Under the pieces are notes generated by a model that ran no database searches, had not been told where the DNA came from, and was given only the letters and a program-made list of their open reading frames with translations. A stretch of DNA of 32,000 nt from Candidatus Iainarchaeum sp. (GTDB lineage Archaea; Iainarchaeota; Iainarchaeia; Iainarchaeales; VGJJ01), in assembly GCA_030688545.1 (NCBI GenBank), contig JAUYHT010000006.1:270001-302000 (forward strand), written 5' to 3'. A program made the position numbers and the translations under genes. Below, in pieces: positions 1-8,457 of the stretch. Position 1 is the stretch's first letter, and each line of letters begins with the position of its first letter.

Positions 1-383
1 ATGGGTTGGGTGAATTCAAGGGTCAATTGGAACCCATTGTGCGCAATTCCTTTGGTCAGTGTCCCATCCCACATCTGCATCCCCAGCATGAATCCCACGT
101 GCAAGTCCCCATAAATCCCATCCTTGAGGTTCATGAAATGCCCTGACACCGAGACGATGCGCCCATTCCGCAGTTCCTGCGAGACGAAGCGGTTGTGATT
201 GAAGTATTGCACCGTGGCTTCCTTCAGAAGTCCGTCGGCCGTGATCGCCGTGGTTTCTCTGATTCCGTGTTCGCGGATGGCTTGCCGCAACCCTTGGAGC
301 ACGTCATCCCCATCCTCGAACGCCAGGACGAGATTCTTCTTCGTGCTCCTTCCGGTGTAAATAGTCGAATCGAATTGGCTCAT
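1..383 (-). CDS. PPC (DUF296)-like domain protein, partial (3' end runs off the window start)
   Basis: Not in the ORF track because it is open at the window edge. Minus-strand ATG at 383 is preceded by a GAGGGGG SD-like run. Hand translation MSQFDSTIYTGRSTKKNLVLAFEDGDDVLQGLRQAIREHGI...GRIVSVSGHFMNLKDGIYGDLHVGFMLG... resembles the PPC/DUF296 pattern by eye. Confidence 0.5.
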   Translation of the reverse strand, partial: MSQFDSTIYTGRSTKKNLVLAFEDGDDVLQGLRQAIREHGIRETTAITADGLLKEATVQYFNHNRFVSQELRNGRIVSVSGHFMNLKDGIYGDLHVGFMLGMQMWDGTLTKGIAHNGFQLTLEFTQP

Positions 384-483
384 GCCTATTCCCCCTCTCT
401 GCCATACATATCCTTTCCCGGTTTATTAGCCTATTCGATTGTGTAGCAATTACCTTTTTGTAGGGGTATCTCCTTCATCTTAC

Positions 484-1050
484 ATGGATACCCTTTCTTC
501 CTTGGCCGCAGAGGCCCATACCTGCACCCGTTGCCCGCTGTCCCGCTCCCGCACCCTCGCGGTACCGGGAGAAGGGCCGTCGAACGCGACCATCCTTCTA
601 ATTGGAGAAGCCCCGGGGCGGAATGAAGACCTTCATGGGCGGCCTTTTGTGGGCGCGGCGGGAAAGAAGCTGGAGGGGCTCCTGGCTCAAGCGGGGTTGG
701 CGCGGGAAGACGTATTCATTACTTCCGTCGTAAAATGCCGCCCCCCTGAAAACAGGGTGCCTACTTTTGAGGAGGCCACCACCTGCAAGATTAAATTCCT
801 CCAACCCCAAATCCACCTCATTCGACCCGCGCTTATTGGCCTCATGGGACGGACGGCGATTTCCCACGTGTTGGGAGAGAAAATAGACCTGGAAACCATG
901 CACGGGAAGGTACTGGAAAGGAATGGCCAGAGGTACATGATCCTCTACCATCCGGCCGCCATGATCTATAACCAGAACTTAAAGGCAGTCATGGAAAAGG
1001 ATTTTAGGGAATTAACTCCTCATGGGGGGGAGAAACATGCCTTTCGTTAA
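484..1050 (+). CDS. Uracil-DNA glycosylase, family 4 (Fe-S type)
   Basis: ORF 439..1050, with the first ATG at 484. Motifs CTRCPL, GEAPGRNED, FVGAAG, VKCRPP and HPAA are typical of family-4 UDG. Confidence 0.85.
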   Translation: MDTLSSLAAEAHTCTRCPLSRSRTLAVPGEGPSNATILLIGEAPGRNEDLHGRPFVGAAGKKLEGLLAQAGLAREDVFITSVVKCRPPENRVPTFEEATTCKIKFLQPQIHLIRPALIGLMGRTAISHVLGEKIDLETMHGKVLERNGQRYMILYHPAAMIYNQNLKAVMEKDFRELTPHGGEKHAFR

Positions 1051-1576
1051 ACGAACACGTACTCCTCGCAAACCCCGGATGACCTCAAGCAGGGAACGGG
1101 CACTTCTTTCGCGGGTAGAATTGCGCCATGAAAAAAGGGTATCCGAGCTGAAAGATATTCGTTATGCTTTCGACCAAAAAGAGGAAGTGCGGCTCGCCCG
1201 GAAACGAGTTTGGGGTATTCTGCTGGGGGAAGAAAAAGCATCCACCATCTATGCCGCCTTGGTTCCCCTGCTGGGTTTCAAGCTGGATTATTTGGATGCC
1301 GCCTACAACCATGTTGTGATTGCCCTCGATAATACGGAACGTATCCTCCGGCGGAAGGACGTGCCTCCCGGCCTTCGCCGCGCCATCGAACGCCATGCGG
1401 AAACCCTCCGAGAGTTGCAGGATCGCTACTTGGAAGATATTGCTCATTTTTCGAATATCCAGACATTGTATAAGCGAACCGCCAAACGGGTCAAGGAAGA
1501 AGGGATCGACCCTCAGGAGGTTCAGAAAACATTTTCCCTTTTGCAGAAAGAAACGGATTATTATTACATTCTCTGA
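1037..1576 (+). CDS. Hypothetical protein with a basic N-terminus and a charged helical remainder
   Basis: ORF 1022..1576. The ATG at 1037 has GGGGGAG 5 nt upstream and overlaps the UDG stop by 14 nt (operon-like). No family recognised. Confidence 0.5.
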   Translation: MPFVKRTRTPRKPRMTSSRERALLSRVELRHEKRVSELKDIRYAFDQKEEVRLARKRVWGILLGEEKASTIYAALVPLLGFKLDYLDAAYNHVVIALDNTERILRRKDVPPGLRRAIERHAETLRELQDRYLEDIAHFSNIQTLYKRTAKRVKEEGIDPQEVQKTFSLLQKETDYYYIL

Positions 1577-1611
1577 AAAGGATAAAGCAACCGGAAAAAA
1601 AAGTAGGTATC

Positions 1612-1785
1612 TCACTTCTTCCCCAAGAACTTAGCGTGCTGTTTGCTCCACACCTTGTTGGGGGTTTTTTTCAGCCACTCCGCGTAATGTTCCACGAATG
1701 CCATCCGCTGTTCCGAATTCCGGCGTTTCTCCTCTTCCATCTCCTTCCAGTCTTTCTCGGTCAATGTGGGAAGTCTTTTTTCCAT
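1612..1785 (-). CDS. Small hypothetical protein (57 aa)
   Basis: Below the ORF-track cutoff; read by hand as MEKRLPTLTEKDWKEMEEEKRRNSEQRMAFVEHYAEWLKKTPNKVWSKQHAKFLGKK*. Its ATG at 1785 overlaps the last 25 nt of the upstream NTase-like frame. No clear SD. Confidence 0.3.
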   Translation of the reverse strand: MEKRLPTLTEKDWKEMEEEKRRNSEQRMAFVEHYAEWLKKTPNKVWSKQHAKFLGKK

Positions 1786-2228
1786 AGAGTGTGCTCTGCC
1801 TGCTTTTCGACGCCCAATTCGCGTATATGATGGGATAACAACCCCGTATTTAACTTATCGGGGAATATTTTATACAAATGCCGCGCGTCCTCGAAATCCT
1901 TCTCCGTGCCCAAATACCATTTGTAGGCAATCTGTAGTTCAATCTCCGACGTGTATAGCAATCGCCCCTTCAGCCAGATCGGGATTCTCTTTTCCAAAGA
2001 ATAGCCTGCATATTTCGACGTGGCATAATTCACTTCGAAGTTGGGTTCTGGTTTTCCATTCAACGAGAAACGGGGGGCGATTCCTTCCTCCAACACCTCC
2101 AACGTATCCATCAGGGAGAAAGCGTTAATGCATTCAAACCCTTCCTCTTCCAATATCTTCTACCATTCCTCCATTTTTTTCTCGTCCAACCTTTCGATGA
2201 ACATATCCACATCAATAGTATTTCGCGC
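1761..2228 (-). pseudogene. Nucleotidyltransferase-fold protein remnant (N-terminally truncated, in-frame TAG)
   Basis: The frame reads ARNTIDVDMFIERLDEKKMEEW-TAG(2160-2162)-KILEEEGFECINAF...LGTEKDFEDARHLYKIF. A TGA at 2229-2231 closes it upstream, and the only upstream ATG (MSEKSLSAKYY*) is in another frame. The R-x-T-x-D-I/V-D ... ELGF ... K-D-x-E-D layout recalls small archaeal NTase-family proteins. The intact part is ORF 1761..2153 (TTG start). Confidence 0.45.
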
Positions 2229-2305
2229 TCAACGATTTTTCACTCATGAAAGGAAGTCGTTTTCATTTATACTTTGGCGTATGGATCCTCCCTCGCTCCG
2301 GCAGG

Positions 2306-2797
2306 CTAAAAAACTGGATTTAGAAACAAAATAGCGAGATTGAGCAGCGCGGCGAAGCCGACCCAGAGGAGGTAGGGGTAGAGCAGATAGGCGGCCCTGG
2401 CGGAAATGGGTTTGAACGCACGGATGGTTTTCCATATGGCCCACCCCAGCAATAGGATGACAACGAACCCCAGCGCAGGCGATCGGAGGCCGAAGAAGGA
2501 GATGCTCCACAGCAAGTTCAATCCCAACTGGAGGCCGAACACCTTCAAGGCAGGAATGACCTTCTTCTGCTTGGATCCCCGCTCCTGCCAAACCAGATAG
2601 AGGGATATTCCCATCAGCAGGTACAAAAGGCCCCACGCCGGCCCGAACACCCAGGATGGAGGGGTGAAAAAGGGTTTCTCCAATGCCGCGTACCATATTG
2701 GGATGGCGGGCGTGGTGAACAGTGCACCCGCAATTCCTGCGAGCTGGCAAACTCCTATTGAGAGGATAAATCGGATTCCATTGAATGGTTTAGGCAT
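2306..2797 (-). CDS. tspO: TspO/MBR family tryptophan-rich sensory protein
   Basis: 163-aa five-TM protein with WYAALEKPFFTPPSWVFGPAWGLLYLLMG and W-rich later helices, characteristic of TspO/MBR. Confidence 0.85.
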   Translation of the reverse strand: MPKPFNGIRFILSIGVCQLAGIAGALFTTPAIPIWYAALEKPFFTPPSWVFGPAWGLLYLLMGISLYLVWQERGSKQKKVIPALKVFGLQLGLNLLWSISFFGLRSPALGFVVILLLGWAIWKTIRAFKPISARAAYLLYPYLLWVGFAALLNLAILFLNPVF

Positions 2798-3129
2798 ACA
2801 TTTTATTCCGGACCGGATACGATTTCATGACCCTATTCCAGGGCAGTGACAAGCGCTTGCTCCTCGGCCGTATTCGATGCACCGAAACAATTTTTTATTT
2901 ATAAGCCTATTGAAGGCATTCGGGGCGAGAATTCTTCTTACCCCAAGGATATGTTATTCGACACAATTATAGCAATAGGAACCGGATTCCCTCATGAATG
3001 AATGTGAAACTGACCAGGGCAATTGCCGCGAGCACGAATTTCCTGAATGCTGCTAGACCCTCCACCACTAAAAGAGATGTTTTATAGACCAAAATAGGTA
3101 TATTCGTTCATTTGGGAGTATTTACCACC

Positions 3130-4491
3130 ATGAAAAAAAAGACCTCAATGGTAGATGTGATTGTTATTGGCACGGGTTCGGCCGGTTCAATCATCGCGTT
3201 TGCATGTCGTAAAGCGGGAAAAAAAGTTGCCATAATCGATGATAGAAAAGTAGGTGGAACGTGCGCGTTACGCGGATGCGATCCAAAAAAAGTACTAGTT
3301 GGTGCGGCTGATTTGATCGAGTGGAATTACCATATGCATGCTCAAAAAATTATTCATCCAGTTCCAAGAATAAATTGGAATGCGTTAATGCAGTTCAAAC
3401 GAACCTTTACGGATCCCGTTCCTCTTTCGCTTGAAAAAGAATTAGCGGGTGCGGGCATTGCCTTATTCAAGGGACGCGCCATTTTCGTGGATGAACAAAC
3501 CATTCAAGTAGGGGGAGAAATCCTCCTCAAGGGGAAAAAAATAGTGATTGCCACAGGGGCCGTTCCAAATGTCCCCCCCATTCCGGGTTCGAACCATTTC
3601 ATTACGAGCGACGAATTTTTGGAATTAGAAAAACTTCCAAAGGACATTACATTCATCGGCGGAGGATACATTTCATTCGAGTTTGCGCACATCGCCGCTC
3701 GCGCCGGTTCACGCGTGCGGATTATTCACCGAAGCTCCCACGTATTGAAGGAATTTGATCCCGATTTGGTCAAAATGTTGGTTGAATATTCCAACGAAAT
3801 AGGAATCGATATTCTGCTGGATTCAACCCCCACTAAAATTGAAAAGAAAAAAGATACCTATTACTTGACGGTTAAGGGGAAGTCCAAAAAAACCATTAAA
3901 ACAGATTTAGTAGTGATTGGCTCAGGAAGAAAACCGGCGTTGGAAAAACTAAACCTGGAGAAAGCACATATTAAGTGGGATGGAAAAAAACTGTTACTGA
4001 ATGCATACCTGCAAAGTATTTCCAATCCGCGCGTATTTGCAGCCGGCGATGCAGCGTCGAAAGGTCCACCCCTCTCTCCTGTGGCGGGGATCGATGGAAA
4101 TGCGGTCGCCTACAACATGCTTAAGGCAAACAAAACAAAGCCCAATTATGCAGGAGTAGCATCCGTCGTTTTTTCCATTCCTCCGTTAGCCAAAGTGGGT
4201 TTAACGGTGACAGAAGCCCGAAAAAAGGGATTGCATTTCCATGTTAAATTCAAGAAAACCCACGAATGGTATTCGTCGCGACGCCTTAATGAAAGATGCT
4301 CCGGATTCAAAGTACTTGTAGAAAAAGAAACGGGAAAAATTCTTGGTGCCCATATTTTGGGGGAAAATGCGGAAGAACTAATCAATATCTTCGCACTCGC
4401 CATTCGATTAAACCTTTCCATGCATCAATTGAAAACGACTCCATTTGCTTACCCTTCTCATGGTTCAAATGTCCATTCCATGTTCCCTTAA
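3130..4491 (+). CDS. Class-I pyridine nucleotide-disulfide oxidoreductase (glutathione reductase / dihydrolipoamide dehydrogenase-like)
   Basis: ORF 3112..4491 (TTG), with the first ATG at 3130 (MKKKTSMVDVIVIGTGSAGS = FAD GxGxxG). Redox-active GGTCALRGCDPKK (CxxxxC), a second Rossmann motif FIGGGYISFEFA, and AAGDAA. Confidence 0.85.
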   Translation: MKKKTSMVDVIVIGTGSAGSIIAFACRKAGKKVAIIDDRKVGGTCALRGCDPKKVLVGAADLIEWNYHMHAQKIIHPVPRINWNALMQFKRTFTDPVPLSLEKELAGAGIALFKGRAIFVDEQTIQVGGEILLKGKKIVIATGAVPNVPPIPGSNHFITSDEFLELEKLPKDITFIGGGYISFEFAHIAARAGSRVRIIHRSSHVLKEFDPDLVKMLVEYSNEIGIDILLDSTPTKIEKKKDTYYLTVKGKSKKTIKTDLVVIGSGRKPALEKLNLEKAHIKWDGKKLLLNAYLQSISNPRVFAAGDAASKGPPLSPVAGIDGNAVAYNMLKANKTKPNYAGVASVVFSIPPLAKVGLTVTEARKKGLHFHVKFKKTHEWYSSRRLNERCSGFKVLVEKETGKILGAHILGENAEELINIFALAIRLNLSMHQLKTTPFAYPSHGSNVHSMFP

Positions 4492-4575
4492 TTGGTGAGG
4501 GGGCCGACCGGAGCACGCTAATTCCTTTATGTTACCGATTGATAGTTTTATATTCAATGATTTAGCCATTGGACT

Positions 4576-5778
4576 ATGATTCCTAAACCATTGATTCTGC
4601 TCGTCGTTTTGATGCTTGGGTGTATTCAGCCTGAGATTCCAGTAGAAGAAAACACCGTTCCCGCTACCCCTCCCGCACTTCAAAATGAGCTAATGGGAAA
4701 TGAAACCAATGAGGAAGAAACAGAAATGGTTTCCCCCGATGAGATTTATTGGAAAGAGCGCGTGGAAGCAGCATTTGCTCCAGTAGAGTGTCCATCCCCT
4801 CCCCTAATAGATTATCCTGATTCCTATTACCAAGGTCCGCTCATCGATAATCACATTCACATTTCGTCTATTTTTGATGGAGGGCCTGGAAGCGAGCCCG
4901 AAAAAACTGATCATCCCGCATTAGGCGTCACTTCCCATATTACGGATTATATGTGTACCCTTCGCTACGATGGATCAATGCAAGCATTGACCTTTTTTCC
5001 AGTGTGGGATCCCATTGCCGATCAGTATTTGGATATTGCCAAGCGCACAATGAAAGAGTATCCCGATCTTTTTATCCCCTTTATTATGCCACCGGATGAT
5101 GACGGGAATCCAAATGGTTTTCCCACCGTGGATGCGAAAAAGTTGGATGAATTTTTGAGCAGGCATCCGGGTTTATTTCGCGGCTATGGGGAAATAGGAT
5201 TGTATGCGCGACCAGGAGGTGCTCCCGCACTTTTCCCGAATAGCCCGCGATTGAAGGAAATCTATCCCATTGTGCGAAAGCATAATCTTGTCGTGTACTT
5301 CCATTTAGGGGAAGGCCAGCAAGAGGCTTTTGAAGAAATTCTCTCGGAAAACCCGGATATTACCTTCATTTTTCACGGCGACCAACTCATTTCCTACCAG
5401 CAGGATGGAACGCAGTATTTGAGCGCAATTGAGGAAATCTTGGAAAACCATTCCAATGTGTATTATGAGGTGGATGAATTGTGGGGGGACGTTTGGTTAT
5501 TGAAACCCGGCGCGTCCAAAGAGGATTTTCTAGCGCATTTTGAGGATTATGGGCCTTTGCTCGAAAAGGATGTGGCAACCTGGAAGCCCTTTATTGAACG
5601 TTTTCCCGACCAGGTTCTCTGGGGAAGCGATCGTGGAGTTTCTACATTGTGGGATTTGGATCGCGACGTGGCGTTCCAATTGCAGGATTACGTGCGCGCA
5701 TTCATTGGAAAACTCGATCCGTCTGTGCAGGAAAAGTATGCCTACAAAAATTCAGAACGAATATTTGCAAAAAAATGA
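4576..5778 (+). CDS. Metal-dependent amidohydrolase-fold (TIM-barrel) protein, putative lipoprotein
   Basis: N-terminal MIPKPLILLVVLMLGC looks like a signal sequence plus lipobox-like LGC. LIDNHIHIS (HxH), YFHLGEG, IFHGDQ and VLWGSDR resemble amidohydrolase_2-type metal ligands. Confidence 0.65.
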   Translation: MIPKPLILLVVLMLGCIQPEIPVEENTVPATPPALQNELMGNETNEEETEMVSPDEIYWKERVEAAFAPVECPSPPLIDYPDSYYQGPLIDNHIHISSIFDGGPGSEPEKTDHPALGVTSHITDYMCTLRYDGSMQALTFFPVWDPIADQYLDIAKRTMKEYPDLFIPFIMPPDDDGNPNGFPTVDAKKLDEFLSRHPGLFRGYGEIGLYARPGGAPALFPNSPRLKEIYPIVRKHNLVVYFHLGEGQQEAFEEILSENPDITFIFHGDQLISYQQDGTQYLSAIEEILENHSNVYYEVDELWGDVWLLKPGASKEDFLAHFEDYGPLLEKDVATWKPFIERFPDQVLWGSDRGVSTLWDLDRDVAFQLQDYVRAFIGKLDPSVQEKYAYKNSERIFAKK

Positions 5779-5800
5779 CCTCCTCCCCCACGTGAACTAC

Positions 5801-5818
5801 GGGGCACTAAAGTGCCCC
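5801..5818 (+). terminator. GC-stem hairpin with TAAA loop downstream of the amidohydrolase gene
   Basis: ggggcac-taaa-gtgcccc, 23 nt after the stop at 5778. Confidence 0.35.
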
Positions 5819-5955
5819 GCGTCCTTCTCAACACGAAAAGAGAAAGGCGAAAAAATATTTCCGCGGGCGGGATTCATCCACCCACCAATGTGGGATAGGG
5901 TTCTCCCGAAAATGACCTAAAAAGAAAATGAGTGCACCTTGACTTTACAGGAAAA

Positions 5956-6030
5956 TGCCCCGAGCGGGATTCGAACCCGCGTCCCCACCGTGAGAGGGTG
6001 ATATCCTTGACCGGGCTAGACGATCGGGGC
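5956..6030 (-). tRNA. tRNA-Glu (anticodon CUC)
   Basis: Hand-folded cloverleaf: acceptor GCCCCGA/TCGGGGC, anticodon stem TCACC/GGTGG, loop CTCTCAC, T arm GCGGG-TTCGAAT-CCCGC, discriminator A. 75 nt, no CCA, no intron, T-run after the 3' end. Confidence 0.9.
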
Positions 6031-6215
6031 ATCAGTTCTATTCCAAATGATTGGCCTACGGGGGGATTAAAAATCCCGCGACGGTTTCGATCGGGAGGGC
6101 TGGCCAGTACCCTGAAATGACCAGGTGACCGTTATTTCATTTGGGGGGCCCACTATTCCAAAAGAACCAGGGTGGTCCTTTTTAGGTACTTTTCACCCCA
6201 TGAGAATGATAATCC

Positions 6216-6803
6216 ATGTCCCCCCACCAATTCCTCCGCCTATTTTACACCCCCACCCAAGTGCTCCGCCAACAGCGGGATAAGGCCTCCCTGCCCGTCG
6301 CAATGATTAATCTCTTTCTCACGGGAGCCAACGCCGGGGTCGTGGGAATCCTTTATGTCACCCTCCTCCTGGATTCGTTTGGCACGCACCCCCCGGGAAA
6401 GGCTTTGGAACAGATTGGGGGTTATATTTTAGGGGAAGGGTTCCACGTGCTACTGTACCTTCCCTTCATCTCGGCGGTGGGGGCCGTTATTTTTCTGACT
6501 TTATTCATGGCTCTCGTTTGGATGATCGCCACCCAATTGGGGGGTCATGGGAGGTGGGTGGTGAATGTGTATTTGCTTTCCATCCTTTTCCTCCCGATCG
6601 CTATAGGCACCTTTCTCGTGAACCTCGCGCTCATCTTTCCTTTGGTGGGGGGACTTCTAGCCGTGGGATGGGGAATATACATCCTTTATTTGGTTATCCA
6701 AACCGTGTCGATTGCTAATGGTATTTCTCCATCTAAAAGTATTCTCGCATTGGTTTTCCCCGTCGCGCTGGCAGTAGGATTAATCCGCACCTTCACTGGG
6801 TGA
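6216..6803 (+). CDS. Yip1-domain-like polytopic membrane protein
   Basis: 195 aa. The N-terminal LFYTPTQVLRQQ... segment followed by about five hydrophobic helices matches the layout of archaeal YIP1-family proteins. By-eye call. Confidence 0.5.
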   Translation: MSPHQFLRLFYTPTQVLRQQRDKASLPVAMINLFLTGANAGVVGILYVTLLLDSFGTHPPGKALEQIGGYILGEGFHVLLYLPFISAVGAVIFLTLFMALVWMIATQLGGHGRWVVNVYLLSILFLPIAIGTFLVNLALIFPLVGGLLAVGWGIYILYLVIQTVSIANGISPSKSILALVFPVALAVGLIRTFTG

Positions 6804-6853
6804 ATCGGCTATTTTGAAAATAGGAAGAGGGAGGGAATGCCCTCCCACTCATT

Positions 6854-7282
6854 TCAGATGCAACGTCCGGCTGAACAGGTTTTGTTCAAGTCTCCACAAT
6901 CGTATTTGAAGGCATAGGCATGGTTGACCCGAGCCCCGTCATTGTTCACGTTCACATCCTTCCCACACGCATATTCGAGGAGCGTCTGGGTATTCACACA
7001 TCCGTCCACGTACTGGATGGGCAATGGATGGTTTGGGAACCTAGCATTGAGGTCGCCCGACGTGGTGGGGTTAAACCCTCCGTCGGTGTCCAGGCAGGAA
7101 ATGACGTCATTCGCGTCCCCGACCATGAGAGCATTATACAGCGGCCCCCCATTAACATTCCTCACCGTCACTGGAGTAACTGGGATGCGGGTGATATGCG
7201 CCCACACCAATGGAGCGATGACCAACACCACCAATAGGGCGATAACACCCAAGGCGATACTTCCTTTATGAAAATCCATCAT
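6854..7282 (-). CDS. Small secreted six-cysteine protein, paralog 1 of 3
   Basis: 142 aa. Signal sequence MMDFHKGSIALGVIALLVVLVIAPLVWA|H, six Cys, C-terminal YAFKYDCGDLNKTCSAGRCI. GGAGG lies 5-8 nt upstream of the ATGATG start, with a TATA-like ttatataaa box upstream. Confidence 0.75.
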   Translation of the reverse strand: MMDFHKGSIALGVIALLVVLVIAPLVWAHITRIPVTPVTVRNVNGGPLYNALMVGDANDVISCLDTDGGFNPTTSGDLNARFPNHPLPIQYVDGCVNTQTLLEYACGKDVNVNNDGARVNHAYAFKYDCGDLNKTCSAGRCI

Positions 7283-7298
7283 TCATTCCTCCTTCCCA
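7200..7298 (-). repeat. 99-nt block identical to 7834..7932 (SD, start codons, signal peptide)
   Basis: Base-by-base comparison of the two stretches shows no mismatch over 99 nt. The first mismatches are at 7199/7833 and 7299/7933. Confidence 0.9.
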
Positions 7299-7400
7299 AA
7301 AATGGGGTAGAACAATCTTCGAATCCCGAGTTATATAAATGTATGGAAGGTCGCCCATCCGCTTGGAAATAAAGCAATCACCCCAAAGAATTCCAACCAC

Positions 7401-7478
7401 CACGCACCAACCCATGAAACAGGTCTTGTTGATGTCTGCACAATTGAATTTGAAGGCATAGACATGATTGAGCAAACC
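7401..7478 (-). pseudogene. Orphan C-terminal cassette of the six-cysteine family (26 codons, no start, stop lost)
   Basis: Reads GLLNHVYAFKFNCADINKTCFMGWCV directly after, and in frame with, the TAA of the 7479..7916 gene. The nucleotide sequence is closest to the 3' end of the 8032..8457 gene. Confidence 0.6.
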
Positions 7479-7916
7479 TTAAACGCACCATGCGAGGAAG
7501 CAGAATTTGTTGAGATCCCGGCAGTTGAATTTGTAGGCGTACACCTTGTTGGGTTGGAATCCGGTTCCATTATGGTTGACATCGCTCCCGCATGCGAATT
7601 CCAGCTTGTAATCCCCGATAGGGGAACCTAAGCAATTCTCGTAGTAAACCAATTCCGCATTCCGGTCAGCCGATCGCATGCGCAACACGCTTCGGAATTC
7701 GGGATTAAATCCACTGAAGTGTTCGGTACAGGATATGGCATCCGAGGCTTCTCCCATTTGTATGGCGGAATAGGCGATGGCGTGATCCGGGTTGAATATC
7801 GTGACATTCGTGGGTTGTATTCGTTCAATGTGAGCCCACACCAATGGAGCGATGACCAACACCACCAATAGGGCGATAACACCCAAGGCGATACTTCCTT
7901 TATGAAAATCCATCAT
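7479..7916 (-). CDS. Small secreted six-cysteine protein, paralog 2 of 3
   Basis: 145 aa. Its N-terminus is identical to paralog 1, with six Cys at alignable positions and C-terminal YAYKFNCRDLNKFCFLAWCV. Confidence 0.75.
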   Translation of the reverse strand: MMDFHKGSIALGVIALLVVLVIAPLVWAHIERIQPTNVTIFNPDHAIAYSAIQMGEASDAISCTEHFSGFNPEFRSVLRMRSADRNAELVYYENCLGSPIGDYKLEFACGSDVNHNGTGFQPNKVYAYKFNCRDLNKFCFLAWCV

Positions 7917-7932
7917 TCATTCCTCCTTCCCA
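7834..7932 (-). repeat. 99-nt block identical to 7200..7298
   Basis: See 7200..7298. Confidence 0.9.
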
Positions 7933-8031
7933 GAAATGGGGCAGTACTACCATCAATTCAGGAGTTATAAAAATGTACTGAGGACTCACTCATCCATTTG
8001 GAAAAAGAGCGACACCCTCACAGAGTCCTAA

Positions 8032-8457
8032 TCACACGCACCAACCAATGAAACAGGTCTTGTTGATGTCCGCGCAATTAAATTTATAGGCGTAGACATA
8101 ATTGGTGATGAGCCCGTTTCCATTGTGGTTTACATCTTTCCCGCATGCGAATTCCGTTTTAGTGGTGTTGTCAAGGCACCGCTCGAAATAGACTAAATCC
8201 CCATTCCGGTCGGCGGATTGCATGTGCAGGGTGCCCATGAGGTGGGGTTTGAACCCTCCATCCGAGTCGAAGCAATACAGCGCATCATGGGTCTCTCCCA
8301 CTTGTTTCGCGTGGTACGCATAGGTATCTCCCCGGTTTACTACAATCGCCCCCACGGCCTTCATCCGTTCCAAATGCGCCATCACGAGGGGCGCGATGAG
8401 CAATAGGCCCAATAGGGCCAGCCCGGCCCCCAGCATAAATGTCCGATTACTAGTCAT
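8032..8457 (-). CDS. Small secreted six-cysteine protein, paralog 3 of 3
   Basis: ORF 8032..8460 starts at TTG; the ATG at 8457 has AAGGAGG 7 nt upstream. Signal MTSNRTFMLGAGLALLGLLLIAPLVMA|H, six Cys, C-terminal YAYKFNCADINKTCFIGWCV. Confidence 0.75.
   Translation of the reverse strand: MTSNRTFMLGAGLALLGLLLIAPLVMAHLERMKAVGAIVVNRGDTYAYHAKQVGETHDALYCFDSDGGFKPHLMGTLHMQSADRNGDLVYFERCLDNTTKTEFACGKDVNHNGNGLITNYVYAYKFNCADINKTCFIGWCV

Noticed and set aside
195-446. 83-aa plus-strand ORF at the window start
   Set aside because: It is antisense to the PPC/DUF296-like gene, which has an SD and a recognisable domain pattern.
2160-2162. In-frame TAG in the NTase-like gene as a possible pyrrolysine or readthrough codon
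   Set aside because: The gene also lacks its N-terminal part and has an upstream frame break. No pyl genes or PYLIS-like context are visible, so a pseudogene is the simpler reading.
2994-3056. 20-aa four-cysteine mini-ORF (MNECETDQGNCREHEFPECC) upstream of the disulfide oxidoreductase
   Set aside because: It has no convincing SD and no nearby promoter or terminator. A short ORF of this length is expected by chance, so its link to the neighbouring redox enzyme is only suggestive.
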